This document shows positions 11,395-22,844 of a DNA stretch of 64,000 bases, in pieces; position 1 is the first letter of the stretch; each line of letters opens with the position of its first letter. Below the pieces are notes generated by a model. It saw nothing but the letters and a program-made list of their open reading frames with translations, was not told the origin of the DNA and made no database searches. The stretch is from Macrostomum lignano (Eukaryota): NCBI GenBank assembly GCA_002269645.1, contig NIVC01000038.1, positions 496,001-560,000 of the forward strand. Direction: 5' to 3'. The position numbers and the translations under genes are program-made.

Positions 11395-13961
11395 CTAACC
11401 TGCTTGTGGTACGAGCTGTCGAACTTCACGAACTTTCTGATCAATCAGATACTTTTTCTTTGAAAGAAGCTTATCTCTCGATACCAGCCACGACTCTGTG
11501 GAAAAATTAACATACTCGTCAGAATGAAATAAAAAATTGGACAGCTAGACATTGACACGTCACTTTTGTAAAGCGGCAGACAAAAAATTGTTATTGGCTA
11601 GCTAACCGAAATCCAAACGCAGATGATACATCCCAATGATATGTGCGATGAGTCTGGTGCGCCGGTCGATCCGCATCTCTTTTAATATGCGCCCGTAGGG
11701 ACGTAAAAACGAAAAAATGCGTTCGCAGATCTCGCCGTCGGTGATGCCAGTTCCAGAGGTAACGCGGATTGAGTTGTTCAGCTAAATTGGAAGGAAATTA
11801 TTAAGTAATTATTACTCATTACATTATAGAAATACGACCATACGTTTAACAACTACTTGAGTTTTATGGATTTATTGCGAAATATAAATACTGTACGCAA
11901 TACGCATTAACCTACTATCACCTAGCATCACCTAGCATGAGTGAACCCGTGAGATGATTATTTTAAATAACCAAGAAACACTTCTAGCTGAACTTACACG
12001 GCATTTAGACTCGTGGCCATAAGCGTGAAAAACCGGCACAGCAAGCTTTGATTTCACTTTGCTTCCAATTTTACACGCGACATCATACACAAACGTCACG
12101 GACTCCTCCTGGACGCCAAGACGTTGCACTGCTGCTCGCAGTAGAGTTGTAGGGTAGATGAGACTAAATGTAGAAAAAAAGAAGCTGATTTGCATCAGTA
12201 AAAAGAGCCAAAAATATTCTGTTAGTCATTTCTTACCGTGAAGGCACAATAAATAAAAAAAACACATATAAACACACCGCTCTCCAGGAGTGCGCACATC
12301 AGAGCACGACCAGATAAACCCATGGCGACAGGCAACAATAAAAAAGCCTTTGACGTCCAGCTTTGAGGATGCACGACAAATGTAAGATGTTTCTCCTGCA
12401 GTCCAGTTCGGGCAAGCGCCGCGTGCAGGTGCAATGGCTTGTCCAGACAGATCAACACGCGCAAACGGAAACGGCAGATCTGCGTCCAGAGGGTCCTGGA
12501 AAATCTCCGCTCCTACAGCAGCTCGACGCCTCCACCCCATTAGGGCGTCGCCGTGCAGGATGGGTCCCTAAGTCAAAGACAGTAATATTTCTGATAAATG
12601 AAAAGCTCTTCACATTAAAAATTTCATCACAAAGCATTCATCTTTGTCTCACCAAATCTTTCGATCGGCATAAAGTGCACACAGAAGGAAATTGTGCGAC
12701 TTCAGCTAAAAATTCTCGATACAGGCCGAGGGTGTTGTTTCGTCGAAGGTCATAGTACAGATCCCGCTGCAGTAAATTAATAAAAACATTTTTGAAACAT
12801 CTTACTCTAAACATTTTACTCTAAGAGCCCTTAGAGTAAAAATAAAAGGTTTACGAGTATGTTGGGCTTCAATTATTTTTACTGCACTGTCTCACTCCAC
12901 TGGATTGTAGTAATACATTTGCCATTCGAGGGAGGAATGGTAGAATTGACCTAATGGTTCATCGTGAATTGATAATCTAAAAGTCTAATTTAAAATTGAT
13001 TCCGCTCATTAAAAAGTTAGACTAAAGAAATTACGTTCGGTCGCTGGCCAAAAACGATTCTTCTGTTCTGAAGGATGGTACAAGCCTTCGATAATGATGT
13101 AATTCCGTGTATCATGATGGAATCTAAACTGTTCAACAGTTCGAAAGATGCGAAGACTGAAGTACGGTCGGACAAAGGAAAATAGTTACGAGCAACGAGA
13201 AATTCAGTACAATGACAACTAGCACAAGCATCGATAATGGCCGAATGGTAACCTACAAGGAGAGGTACATTAAGTAGAACAATTAAGGTTAGTAGATTTC
13301 CAAAAGCAAACTTTGCAGGATACAAGATTTGATTAATTAGTTATTTTAGTTCGTGCCACAATAGAAGGTAAAAATAACTTTCCTCCAAAAGCGTCCAAAA
13401 GCGTCACTTTTAATGATGAGCCAGGCGTGCAGCCACACGCAAACTTGATACTTAGGTCAAGAGGCTCTCGATTCTGAAATTTTATGTCTCTTAAAAATGT
13501 GCTCACTCAATCGTAGAGGATTAATGAATTGAATAGAATATTTTTGAATGAATTGAAGATAATTAATTATTTACCTGGTACGCGGAATGTACAAGGCCAA
13601 TATGACGAGTTCGGACACATTCATCACAGAAAAATGCTGAACACTGTGGACAGTATGCAGAGCCAACTTTCAAACATTGGGCACAAACTCCTACCTCTAC
13701 AGCTTTCAAGAAGGCCGAAAGGATCTCAGGCCTGTTTTTAGGACTCACATCTTCCCAGTCACAATGCACTCCGCTAGTACTGGGGCCATCTACATGAGAA
13801 TTTACAACAGTCTCACAATCATCCGGGACACTTGCACCACTACTTTCTAGCACGTGAGCGGTTGTGAGACTTCGTTTTAGGACACTCGTTTTCCCTACAC
13901 CAGACAGCTGCCTTGTGCGCCCGTTGATTCGCACCTTCAGATACTTCTTTGAGCGGCCCAT
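10633..13961 (-). CDS. KDZ (Kyakuja-Dileera-Zisupton) family transposase with B-box-like Cys/His cluster and CxC domain, 10 exons, 681 aa predicted
   Basis: Exons on the minus strand: 13961-13575, 13473-13383, 13252-13035, 12766-12653, 12567-12278, 12163-11998, 11781-11607, 11495-11400, 11265-11113, 10988-10633. Total 2046 nt, phases consistent, no internal stop. Motifs: CAQC-x7-CPQC-x4-CDEC-x4-H-x4-H, CASCHC...NYFP...SFELL, CTLC, HGDALMG, KLDVKGFFIVACRHG, PGERLIYP, VYDVAC, VPVFHAYGH, GTGITDGEICERIFSFL. All splice sites are GT-AG except the exon-2 donor (GA). Confidence 0.88.
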
Positions 13962-14129
13962 GAAAGCAAAATAAATTATATGATAGTTTACCAGCGTAGA
14001 TAAATTAAATCAAATTAGCAAGAAAAAACTATCAGCTAAATACAACTGTTGATAGCAAAGCAGAAATGCTGGAAAAGCTGGATCCAACGACGAATAATAT
14101 TGCAGGCTGGATTCCTAAGACAATTGGGA

Positions 14130-17100
14130 AAGAAGAGTGGCTAGACTCACCAGAGGATTGGGAAAGGAAAGTGGCTGGATTCCCCAGAGGATTAGGAAAG
14201 GGGAGTGGCTGGATTCCCCAGAGGATTAGGAAAGGGGCGTGGCTGGATTCCCCAGAGGATTTGTAAAGGGGAGTGGCTGGATTCCCTAGAGGATTTGGAT
14301 AAGAAAGCAGCTAAATTCCCCAGAGGATTGGGAAAGAGAAGTGGCTAGATTCCCCAGAGGATTAGGAAAGGAGAGTGGCTGGATTCCCTAGAGGATTGGG
14401 AAAGGGGAGTGGCTGGATTCCCCAGAGGATTGGGAAAGGGGAGTGGCTGGATTCCCTAGAGGATTTGGATAAGAAAGCAGCTAAATTCCCCAGAGGATTG
14501 GGAAAGAGAAGTGGCTAGATTCCCCAGAGGATTAGGAAAGGAGAGTGGCTGGATTCCCTAGAGGATTGGGAAAGGGGAGTGGCTGGATTCCCCAGAGGAT
14601 TGGGAAAGGGGAGTGGCTGGATTCCCCAGAGGATTAGGAAAGGGGAGTGGCTAGATTCCCCAGAGGATTAGGAAAGGGGAGTGGCTGGATTCCCCAGAGG
14701 ATTAGGAATGGGGAGTGGCTGGATTCCCCAGAGGATTAGGAAAGGGGAGTGGCTGGATTCCCCAGAGGATTGGGAAAAGAGTGGCTGGATTCCCCAGAGG
14801 ATTGGGAATGGGGAGTGGCTGGATTCCCCAGAGGATTAGGAAAGGGGAGTGGCTGGATTCCCCAAAGGATTAGAAAAGGGAGTGGCTGGATTCCCCAAAG
14901 GATTAGGAAAGGGGAGTGGCTGGATTCCCCAGAGGATTAGGAAAGGGGAGTGGCTGGATTCCCCAGAGGATTAGGAAAGGGGCGTGGCTGGATTCCCCAG
15001 AGGATTTGTAAAGGGGAGTGGCTGGATTCCCTAGAGGATTTGGATAAGAAAGCAGCTAAATTCCCCAGAGGATTGGGAAAGAGAAGTGGCTAGATTCCCC
15101 AGAGGATTAGGAAAGGAGAGTGGCTGGATTCCCTAGAGGATTGGGAAAGGGGAGTGGCTGGATTCCCCAGAGGATTGGGAAAGGGGAGTGGCTGGATTCC
15201 CTAGAGGATTTGGATAAGAAAGCAGCTAAATTCCCCAGAGGATTGGGAAAGAGAAGTGGCTAGATTCCCCAGAGGATTAGGAAAGGAGAGTGGCTGGATT
15301 CCCTAGAGGATTGGGAAAGAGTGGCTGGATTCCCCAGAGGATTGGGAATGGGGAGTGGCTGGATTCCCCAGAGGATTAGGAAAGGGGAGTGGCTGGATTC
15401 CCCAAAGGATTAGAAAAGGGGAGTGGCTGGATTCCCCAAAGGATTAGGAAAGGGGAGTGGCTGGATTCCCCAGAGGATTAGGAAAGGGGAGTGGCTGGAT
15501 TCCCCAGAGGATTGGGAATGGGGAGTGGCTGGATTCCCTAAAAGATTTGTAAAGGGAGTGGCTAGATTCCCTAGAGGATTTGGACAAGAAAGCAGCTAAA
15601 TTCCCTAGAGTATTGGGAAGGGGAGTGGCTAGATTCCCCAAAGGATTAGGAAAGGGGATTGGCTAGATTCCGCAGAGGGTTTGTAAAGAGGAGGGGCTAT
15701 ATTCCCTAGAGGATTAGGAAAGAGGAGTGGCTAGATTCTCTAGAGGATTTGGATAAAAAAGCAGCTAAATTTCCTAGAGGATTGGGAAAATGGAGTGGCT
15801 GGATTTTCTAGAGGATTGGGAAAATGGAGTGGCTGGATTCCCTAAAGGATTAGGAAAGGGGTGGCTGGATTCCCCAGAGGATTAGGAAAGGGGAGTGGCT
15901 GGATTCCCCAGAGGATTAGGAAAGGGGAGTGGCTGGATTCCCCAGAGGATTAGGAAAGGGGAGTCTCTGGATTCCCCAGAGGATTAGGAAAGTTGAGTGG
16001 CTGGATTCCCCAGAGGATTAGGAAAGGGGAGTGGCTGGATTCCCCAGAGGATTGGGAAAAGAGTGGCTGGATTCCCCAGAGGATTGGGAAAGGGTCGTGG
16101 CTTGATTCCCCAGAGGATTGGGAAAGGGTCGTGGCTTGATTCCCCAGAGGATTGGGAAAGGGGAGTGGCTGGATTCCCTAGAGGATTGGGAAAGGGGAGT
16201 GGCTGGATTCCCCAGAGGATTAGGAAAGGTGAGTGGCTGGATTCCCCAGAGGATTAGGAAAGGTGAGTGGCTGGATTCCCCAGAGGATTAGGAAAGGGGA
16301 GTGGCTGGATTCCCTAAAAGATTTGTAAAGGGGAGTGGCTAGATTCTCTTGAGGATTTGGATAAAAAAGCAGCTAAATTTCCTAGAGGATTGGGAAAATG
16401 GAGTGGCTGGATTTTCTAGAGGATTGGGAAAGGGGAGTGGCTGGATTGGATTCCCCAGAGGATTGGGAATGGGGAGTGGCTGGATTGGATTCCCCAGAGG
16501 ATTAGGAAAGGGGAGTGGCTGGATTCCCCAGAGGATTAGGAAAGGGGAGTCTCTGGATTCCCCAGAGGATTAGGAAAGGGGAGTCTCTAGATTCCCCAGA
16601 GGATTAGGAAAGGTGAGTGGCTGGATTCCCCAGAGGATTAGGAAAGGGGAGTGGCTGGATTCCCCAAAGGATTAGGAAAGGTGAGTGGCTAGATTCCCCA
16701 GAGGATTAGGAAAGGGGAGTGGCTGGATTCCCCAGAGGATTAGGAAAGGGGAGTGGCTAGATTCCCCAGAGGATTGGGAATGGGGAGTGGCTGGATTCCC
16801 TAAAAGATTTGTAAAGGGGAGTGGCTAGATTCCCTAGAGGATTTGGATAAGAAAGCAGCTAAATTCCCTAGAGTATTGGGAAGGGGAGTGGCTAGATTCC
16901 CCAAAGGATTAGGAAAGGGGATTGGCTAGATTCCGCAGAGGGTTTGTAAAGAGGAGGGGCTATATTCCCTAGAGGATTAGGAAAGAGGAGTGGCTAGATT
17001 CTCTAGAGGATTTGGATAAAAAAGCAGCTAAATTTCCTAGAGGATTGGGAAAATGGAGTGGCTGGATTTTCTAGAGGATTGGGAAAGAGAAGTGGCTGGA

Positions 17101-17400
17101 TTCCCTAAAGGATTTGGATAAGAAAGCAGCTAGATTATTCAGAGGATTGGGAAAGGGGAGTGCCTGGATTCCTTAGAAGATCTGGATAAGAAAGCAGCTG
17201 GATTCCCTAGAGGATTGAGAAGGGAGGGTGGCTGAATTCCCCAGAAGATTGGGAATTGGGAGTGGCTAGATGCCCTAGAAGATTTAGATAAGAAAGCAGC
17301 TAAATTCCTAGAGGATTGAGATAGGAAAGTGGCTAAATTTCTTAGATGATTAAGATAAGAGAGAGGATAGATTACTTAAAGGATTAGGGTTATAGAGCTA
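14130..17400 (+). repeat. 34-bp satellite array with higher-order blocks, degenerating rightwards
   Basis: Unit GTGGCTGGATTCCCCAGAGGATT(A/G)GGAAAGGGGA. Block about 14200-14560 recurs at about 14960-15320, and about 15510-15830 recurs at about 16770-17090. Confidence 0.96.
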
Positions 17401-18190
17401 CTAGATTCTTTAAAGGATTATGATTAAGATAAGGGAAAGCTATATTGTTAGACAAATTAAGGCTAGGCTTAAGGATAAAGTAGCTTTTAAAGATTAATTT
17501 AAACTAAAAATTCAAATAAGGAATTTAGCTAGAAAAGAAACTAAATTGAAAAAAATATATAAAGGCTAAAAAATTATATCTATTCTAAAAATACTAACTT
17601 ACTAAGCTAAAGAAAAGCTAAATTTCTAAAAAGATCAGGATTAGAAAAATGTTGGATATAAATTTGATATAAATTTGCAAGCTCTAAGTATAACCCTAGC
17701 TAGTATAGGGCCCAACTATTTTATAATGATATATTTTAATAACATATAATTATAGTGGAGGCTTAGCATTGATTAAAAATAAATGAACAAAGATAGGTCT
17801 TTATAAATTAAAAAGATCTATATACAGTATACCCTACATAATAGGCCTGTATAGATGGTTAGGCCTTCTTTTATTAAATGTTTAAAGGTATTATAAATAG
17901 ACAGTTCCCTGATAACAGTTCTCATTCTGATTTAAATACTCTACACTTTGCAATGCAACTAGTAATATTGCAGTATCAATGAAACTTCTTTCCACTGTTT
18001 GAACTAATCCATCGATCTATATTAAAAGCAGCAAAATAACGATTTTAATTATGCGCCGAAATTAGTTCATTGGATTTATACACAAGCCCGCTTTTAATTG
18101 GGTAGAAGACATGTCACCGTGGCATATGACATGGCATTTACCCGATCTTATGCACTCGTTTTTGTACCTTTAGTCCGGGTTTTTATCGAT

Positions 18191-18218
18191 GCCACTCGGG
18201 TGGCGCCACCCGAGTGGC
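18191..18218. other. Perfect 28-bp GC-rich palindrome
   Basis: GCCACTCGGGTGGC-GCCACCCGAGTGGC in AT-rich surroundings. Confidence 0.9.
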
Positions 18219-20924
18219 TTTATACTTTATACTATACTAATACCTATATACTTTTTTATTACCTACGGGTTAAACTTTTTTGCTTTAAATCACCAACTAC
18301 ATACATCAATTGCACACAATACTTGTCTTTTTTAATTCCTTACTTTTTCTTCGTTTGTCGTTAAAGCTCGTTCAAAGTTTCGTAAATAACATTTAGGCGC
18401 TCTTTTAAATAATTATAGTATTACAAATCTCCCGGTTAAAGTCAAAACTGGGGAGTCAGAAAATGTAGAAAAAAATTTGTTGTTTCAATTGGTAATTTTT
18501 TATACAATTTTTTATATTTCTGTTAAGTGGTCTCAAAAAAACATTTTTAAAGCACAAAATACACCTCTTAATAAATTTTCTACCCATTTGTTAATCTTTA
18601 CTTTTACGGAACTGTACGGACGCAGAATCAGAAACTAAATAAAGTATTATAAAAATAAATGTTTTATACAAACCCGTAAAAGTAGTTTTTATCTGAAAAA
18701 AATTAGGTAAATATTGCAATAGATATTTTTAAAATAAATATTAGGCTGGATTTTGTTAAACTGTTTACTTTGTTTACGTCGCGCCTGTTTGTGTTCTGAA
18801 ATACTCTCGTTAATTTAGTTATCAGTTTCATGTTAATAAGTACTTTATTTATTATTGATGTTTGGCCTGGTTCTTTTTACGGATGTGAAATATCAGCAAA
18901 CTTTTTTGGATTGAATTAAATATGAGATTTAGATATTGATTACTGACTTCTGTATTTCAAGCATTGCAAACGTCTAGCATCAATTTTCTGCTTATCTAAT
19001 TCATGAACAATAATCGATCGAGGATTCTAGATATATGCTTTATTTTATAAGCCACGGCTTATGAATAGGCAAATGACTCATGAGACTGAGGTTTAAATAA
19101 TTTTACTGAATAGAATGACAAATAAAGGTGTCTATCAAGTTTTTTTTATAAAATAGCTTTATCCACCCACGCTCTTGTTTAACTATATTTTTGTTCTGAG
19201 GCATAATTTGTAGTCTAGTTCAGATTGCTATTTATATTTAACTGTCCGTGTCTTAGGCCTATTTTATTTTTTGCTAATGACGTAGTAATAAAAAATATAA
19301 TGTAAATATAAATTTTTGTATAGCTTTACAGCTTAGAATTACTTCGAAACTGATATATGCTTTTTTACAAAAGCCATTAGGCCTTAGCTAAGTGATAATC
19401 TACCTTATGATTACTGATAATGATACTGTTTATTGTAGCCATCACTATGCACTTTTAAGTATATATATAATTTAAATTGCTAAATAATTAACAAGTAGCA
19501 AGTAAAACAGGTAATAACTTTTTTTAAACTTTAACTTTATAGTTTCATATAATTTGCAATGTAAAAAGCTATATAAAATGTGACTTGCACTATTCTTTAA
19601 AATGTATAATTGCAATATGTTTTCATTTGCATTATTTGTTTTTTTTATTTCATTTAAAACTCACATTATGAGCTTTAAAAACTTAGAACATGTTAAAAGT
19701 TAAAAATGCAAAACCTGATATATTTGCTTTTTAAAAAATTAGAAAATAGCATTATTTTATTATACATTTTATTGTTTACAAACTGGCTTTAAATGCCTAG
19801 CAGGAGTGTTTCCTTTTATACTATTGTATATTTAATATACCAATAAATTCTTAACTTGCTTTAGTAGAAGTTTTTTAGACTTAAATGTAAGTAAAATATG
19901 TTAAATGTTTTTCACTTTAATTTCAGCCATGCCAGGACTTCTTTGGGAGATCTTCTCAGCTGCATTTTATGATATGCCTTTCATTCTGAGCTCTAAACCT
20001 GAGGCCTTACTTAAACAATGAAACTGGTGGACTTGCTGTATGTTACCTTTACATTTGGTTGAGTGAGTCTAGTGCTTTCTCCATGAACCAACCTGATCTG
20101 TCTGAGCAACCTGTTGCAATGTTGGCGACTCCTGCACCTAGCAGGCCACTTCTGCCCACAACTGGCTCAGGTGCTGCGCTGCTACTTTTGGATTCTGGCA
20201 CCCAAGATTCTGGTGGCTATGTGGCCTACATTTTCTCTCAGACCACAAGACACACCTTTTTAGAACCTTATGTTTTATAGTGTGTTTTATTGTATGGGCC
20301 TAGTGGCTATACCAAAAATCTTGTTTTGCATTTAAGTTAATAAAACTTCTGCTTCAGGAATTTATTACTTGTGCCTAAAAATTCTAAAACCTATTTCTGT
20401 TGCCTGTTCATCTTTTTCACTAAATCAAGAGGCATTAAGAGCTTCATTTAGAGCTCTGTGAGATTCACATTTGTATTGAAACTGTTTGGATAGGATCATA
20501 ACCATGCCCCCCACCCAGATATCTTTTTTACCCTTCTTGAGGTAGCCATATTGATTTTCTGTTCTGGTCTGTGCAGACTGCTCTATACGTCCATGACCAT
20601 AGATTAAAATATTTGAGCTGATGCTGCTTTATTAATAAAACTTTTTATTATCCGATCAATGTGTTTGGGAAGTCGTGTTTTAAATCGTAGGCTCGTTTAC
20701 TCGTATATTTGTTGAAATTAAGCAAGAGCTCGTCAATCGTTTCGCGCTTGTTCCTGCAGTCTATCAATTGTGGGTCTGTAAGCCAAGCATATACCCATAA
20801 ACTAATACGTGGCTGCTGGCAGCCACACATCACAGGTACATAGCTGGTTGAGCTTAAAAAGCACTTATTAGTTATATAAGGAGTATGCTATAGTCAAAAT
20901 AAAAGCATCCTAGCTTTCAAAGCT

Positions 20925-21260
20925 AGAACATTACAACGCTACCACGCTGAAGAGGGCTCGTACTCTCATGCCAGAGCGAACGCAGAAAAGTCGATACAAA
21001 AGAGGCCAAATTGCAACGTAAAAGTGAAAATAAGGAAGCACATACTGCGCGTGTTCTCAAACTCTGCTCGAGCAGCTCAGATTGGCCCTGCTGAAACTGA
21101 AGTGCAGCATACTGCCAGACTGTGCTCAAAATCTGCTTGTGTCGAACAAAGCTGAGTGACAGAGTCCAACTTGCAGCGATGCGCCAGACTGGATTCTGAT
21201 CGACTACCCGCCGAACATAAGAGGTGGGGTTCTCTACAATGGTTGTCAATTATGTTGACA
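20925..21260 (+). pseudogene. Decayed coding fragment with STPR-like E(T/S)xxQRxARL repeats, possibly the N-terminus of a Helitron protein
   Basis: Reads PAETEVQHTARLC...S*VTESNLQRCARLDSDR. The stop and the H/C residues are each one C-to-T or G-to-A change from Arg codons. Confidence 0.4.
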
Positions 21261-22844
21261 CAAGTTGTTGCTGCGTGTAGCGATTTGTAGCGATTTTTAT
21301 TTTCATTCCGTTTCCAAACAGCTGAAAGGTACATCTGTGGAGATGAACATTTTATTATTAGAGAGATAATGAGTGAACACTTTGTCTGTATTTTTTGCTG
21401 TCTTCTTTCTATTCCAATAGGATTCTAGCACCATGCAGATTTCAAGATATTAAATTATGAGTTCCAAGTTATTTAAGCATGATTACATAGTCTGTTACAA
21501 TGCTATAACCTTCATGATGCCCCAAAATTATTGATCCTAGGTAAATCTGATGTCAGTTAGGCAGACCAATGAATTTAAAGTAAATTTAAAGTCAATCAGA
21601 CCTGATTATTTGGTGTTAGTAAGTGAAATCTGATTAATCTGGTGATCTTAGACTAGAATTGCTAGTCATAAAAAAATTTAAGTGATGGTCAATAAAAAGA
21701 TATTTAAAGTAATTTTTACAAAATTTACCTCAACTTATTCAGTATGAAATAAGCAGAATAACTATCATTAAAAATAAATAAAGCCTAATTCATTACAAAA
21801 TATACATTAAATGGCAATAAAATTATATTAGGTTGTCCCTGCTGCAAAGCCAAAAAATGCTTCTTTATAGGGTTCTTTGCAGTGCCTTGAGGAAATATCT
21901 AAGCTTTTCATTGTACATGCTCCACACAGTGGGCTTCCGGAGAAAAAAATCATGACAAAAACTAACATTTATGGCATTTAAGAGCCAACAAAGAGTACCA
22001 TTTAGTAAAGAAAAAAAATGCTTCAAGCTTGATAGGTGTGTAATAACATATTTCAATTCTAAAAGCTGGCAATTATTCATTTTGATGCAACAGACTACTG
22101 GAGAAAATCACTTTGTGCTCTCTAACTATTAAAAAGTATTTCTATATTGTTATAGAATGGTTATACAATAAGTAATATATTAGGCTTTTTCAATAAAAAG
22201 CATCGATTTTATGCTAAATTATTTTCTAAAATGTAAAAGTGAATAATCCAATTGGATACATCAATTTAGATTAGTTTTTAACATATTCTCATATGAGCAT
22301 ATAGGTGGGATGTCATAATCAATGTTTACTACCAAAACGAAGAATATTCGAACTACAGTAAGGTTTATACAAATAAAGCATTACTCATGCATGCATTTAA
22401 TGCAAATTAACTTAAAACTTTCACCAACTACATTAATTCATACATTTTTAGCCCTTATTTGTAAATTATATAGAATTTTTTTCACACGTGTTCAACGTGG
22501 TTGAATTTCCGCCAAAAAAATTATCGCTGAAAAGGACATATTTTGTCTTTTAGAGGAGCGAAAAAGACTAATTTTACTTAGATTATAGTAAAATTATTTA
22601 TAATTCACAGTTTAATGCAAGATTTAACCGGCCATACTCATTAGAAAACAGATACAATTTGGTATTACAAAGTTTGAATGGTGTAAACTCGCGATGCCCT
22701 CGTTTTGACTTTGCCCCCTCCCGTACGATCGTACAAGATTAATGCATAAATATTGCCTTCTACTCTTGAATTTTGAAATATACTCTTGAAATATATTGGC
22801 CAAACAGGCTACTTGCCTGAGCCAAATACTTACTACTACGACAA

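Noticed and set aside
13885-13905. GVGKT in KDZ exon 1 resembling a Walker A motif
   Set aside because: It lacks the first Gly of GxxxxGKT, sits in a basic low-complexity N-terminus and has no Walker B or NTPase fold.
14130-17400. Short ORFs (GWIPQRIRKG...) and CRISPR-like regularity in the 34-bp array
   Set aside because: Units abut directly with no unique spacers, there are no cas genes, the context is eukaryotic, and the ORFs are repeat translations. The same applies to the 23-, 26-, 29- and 46-bp arrays.
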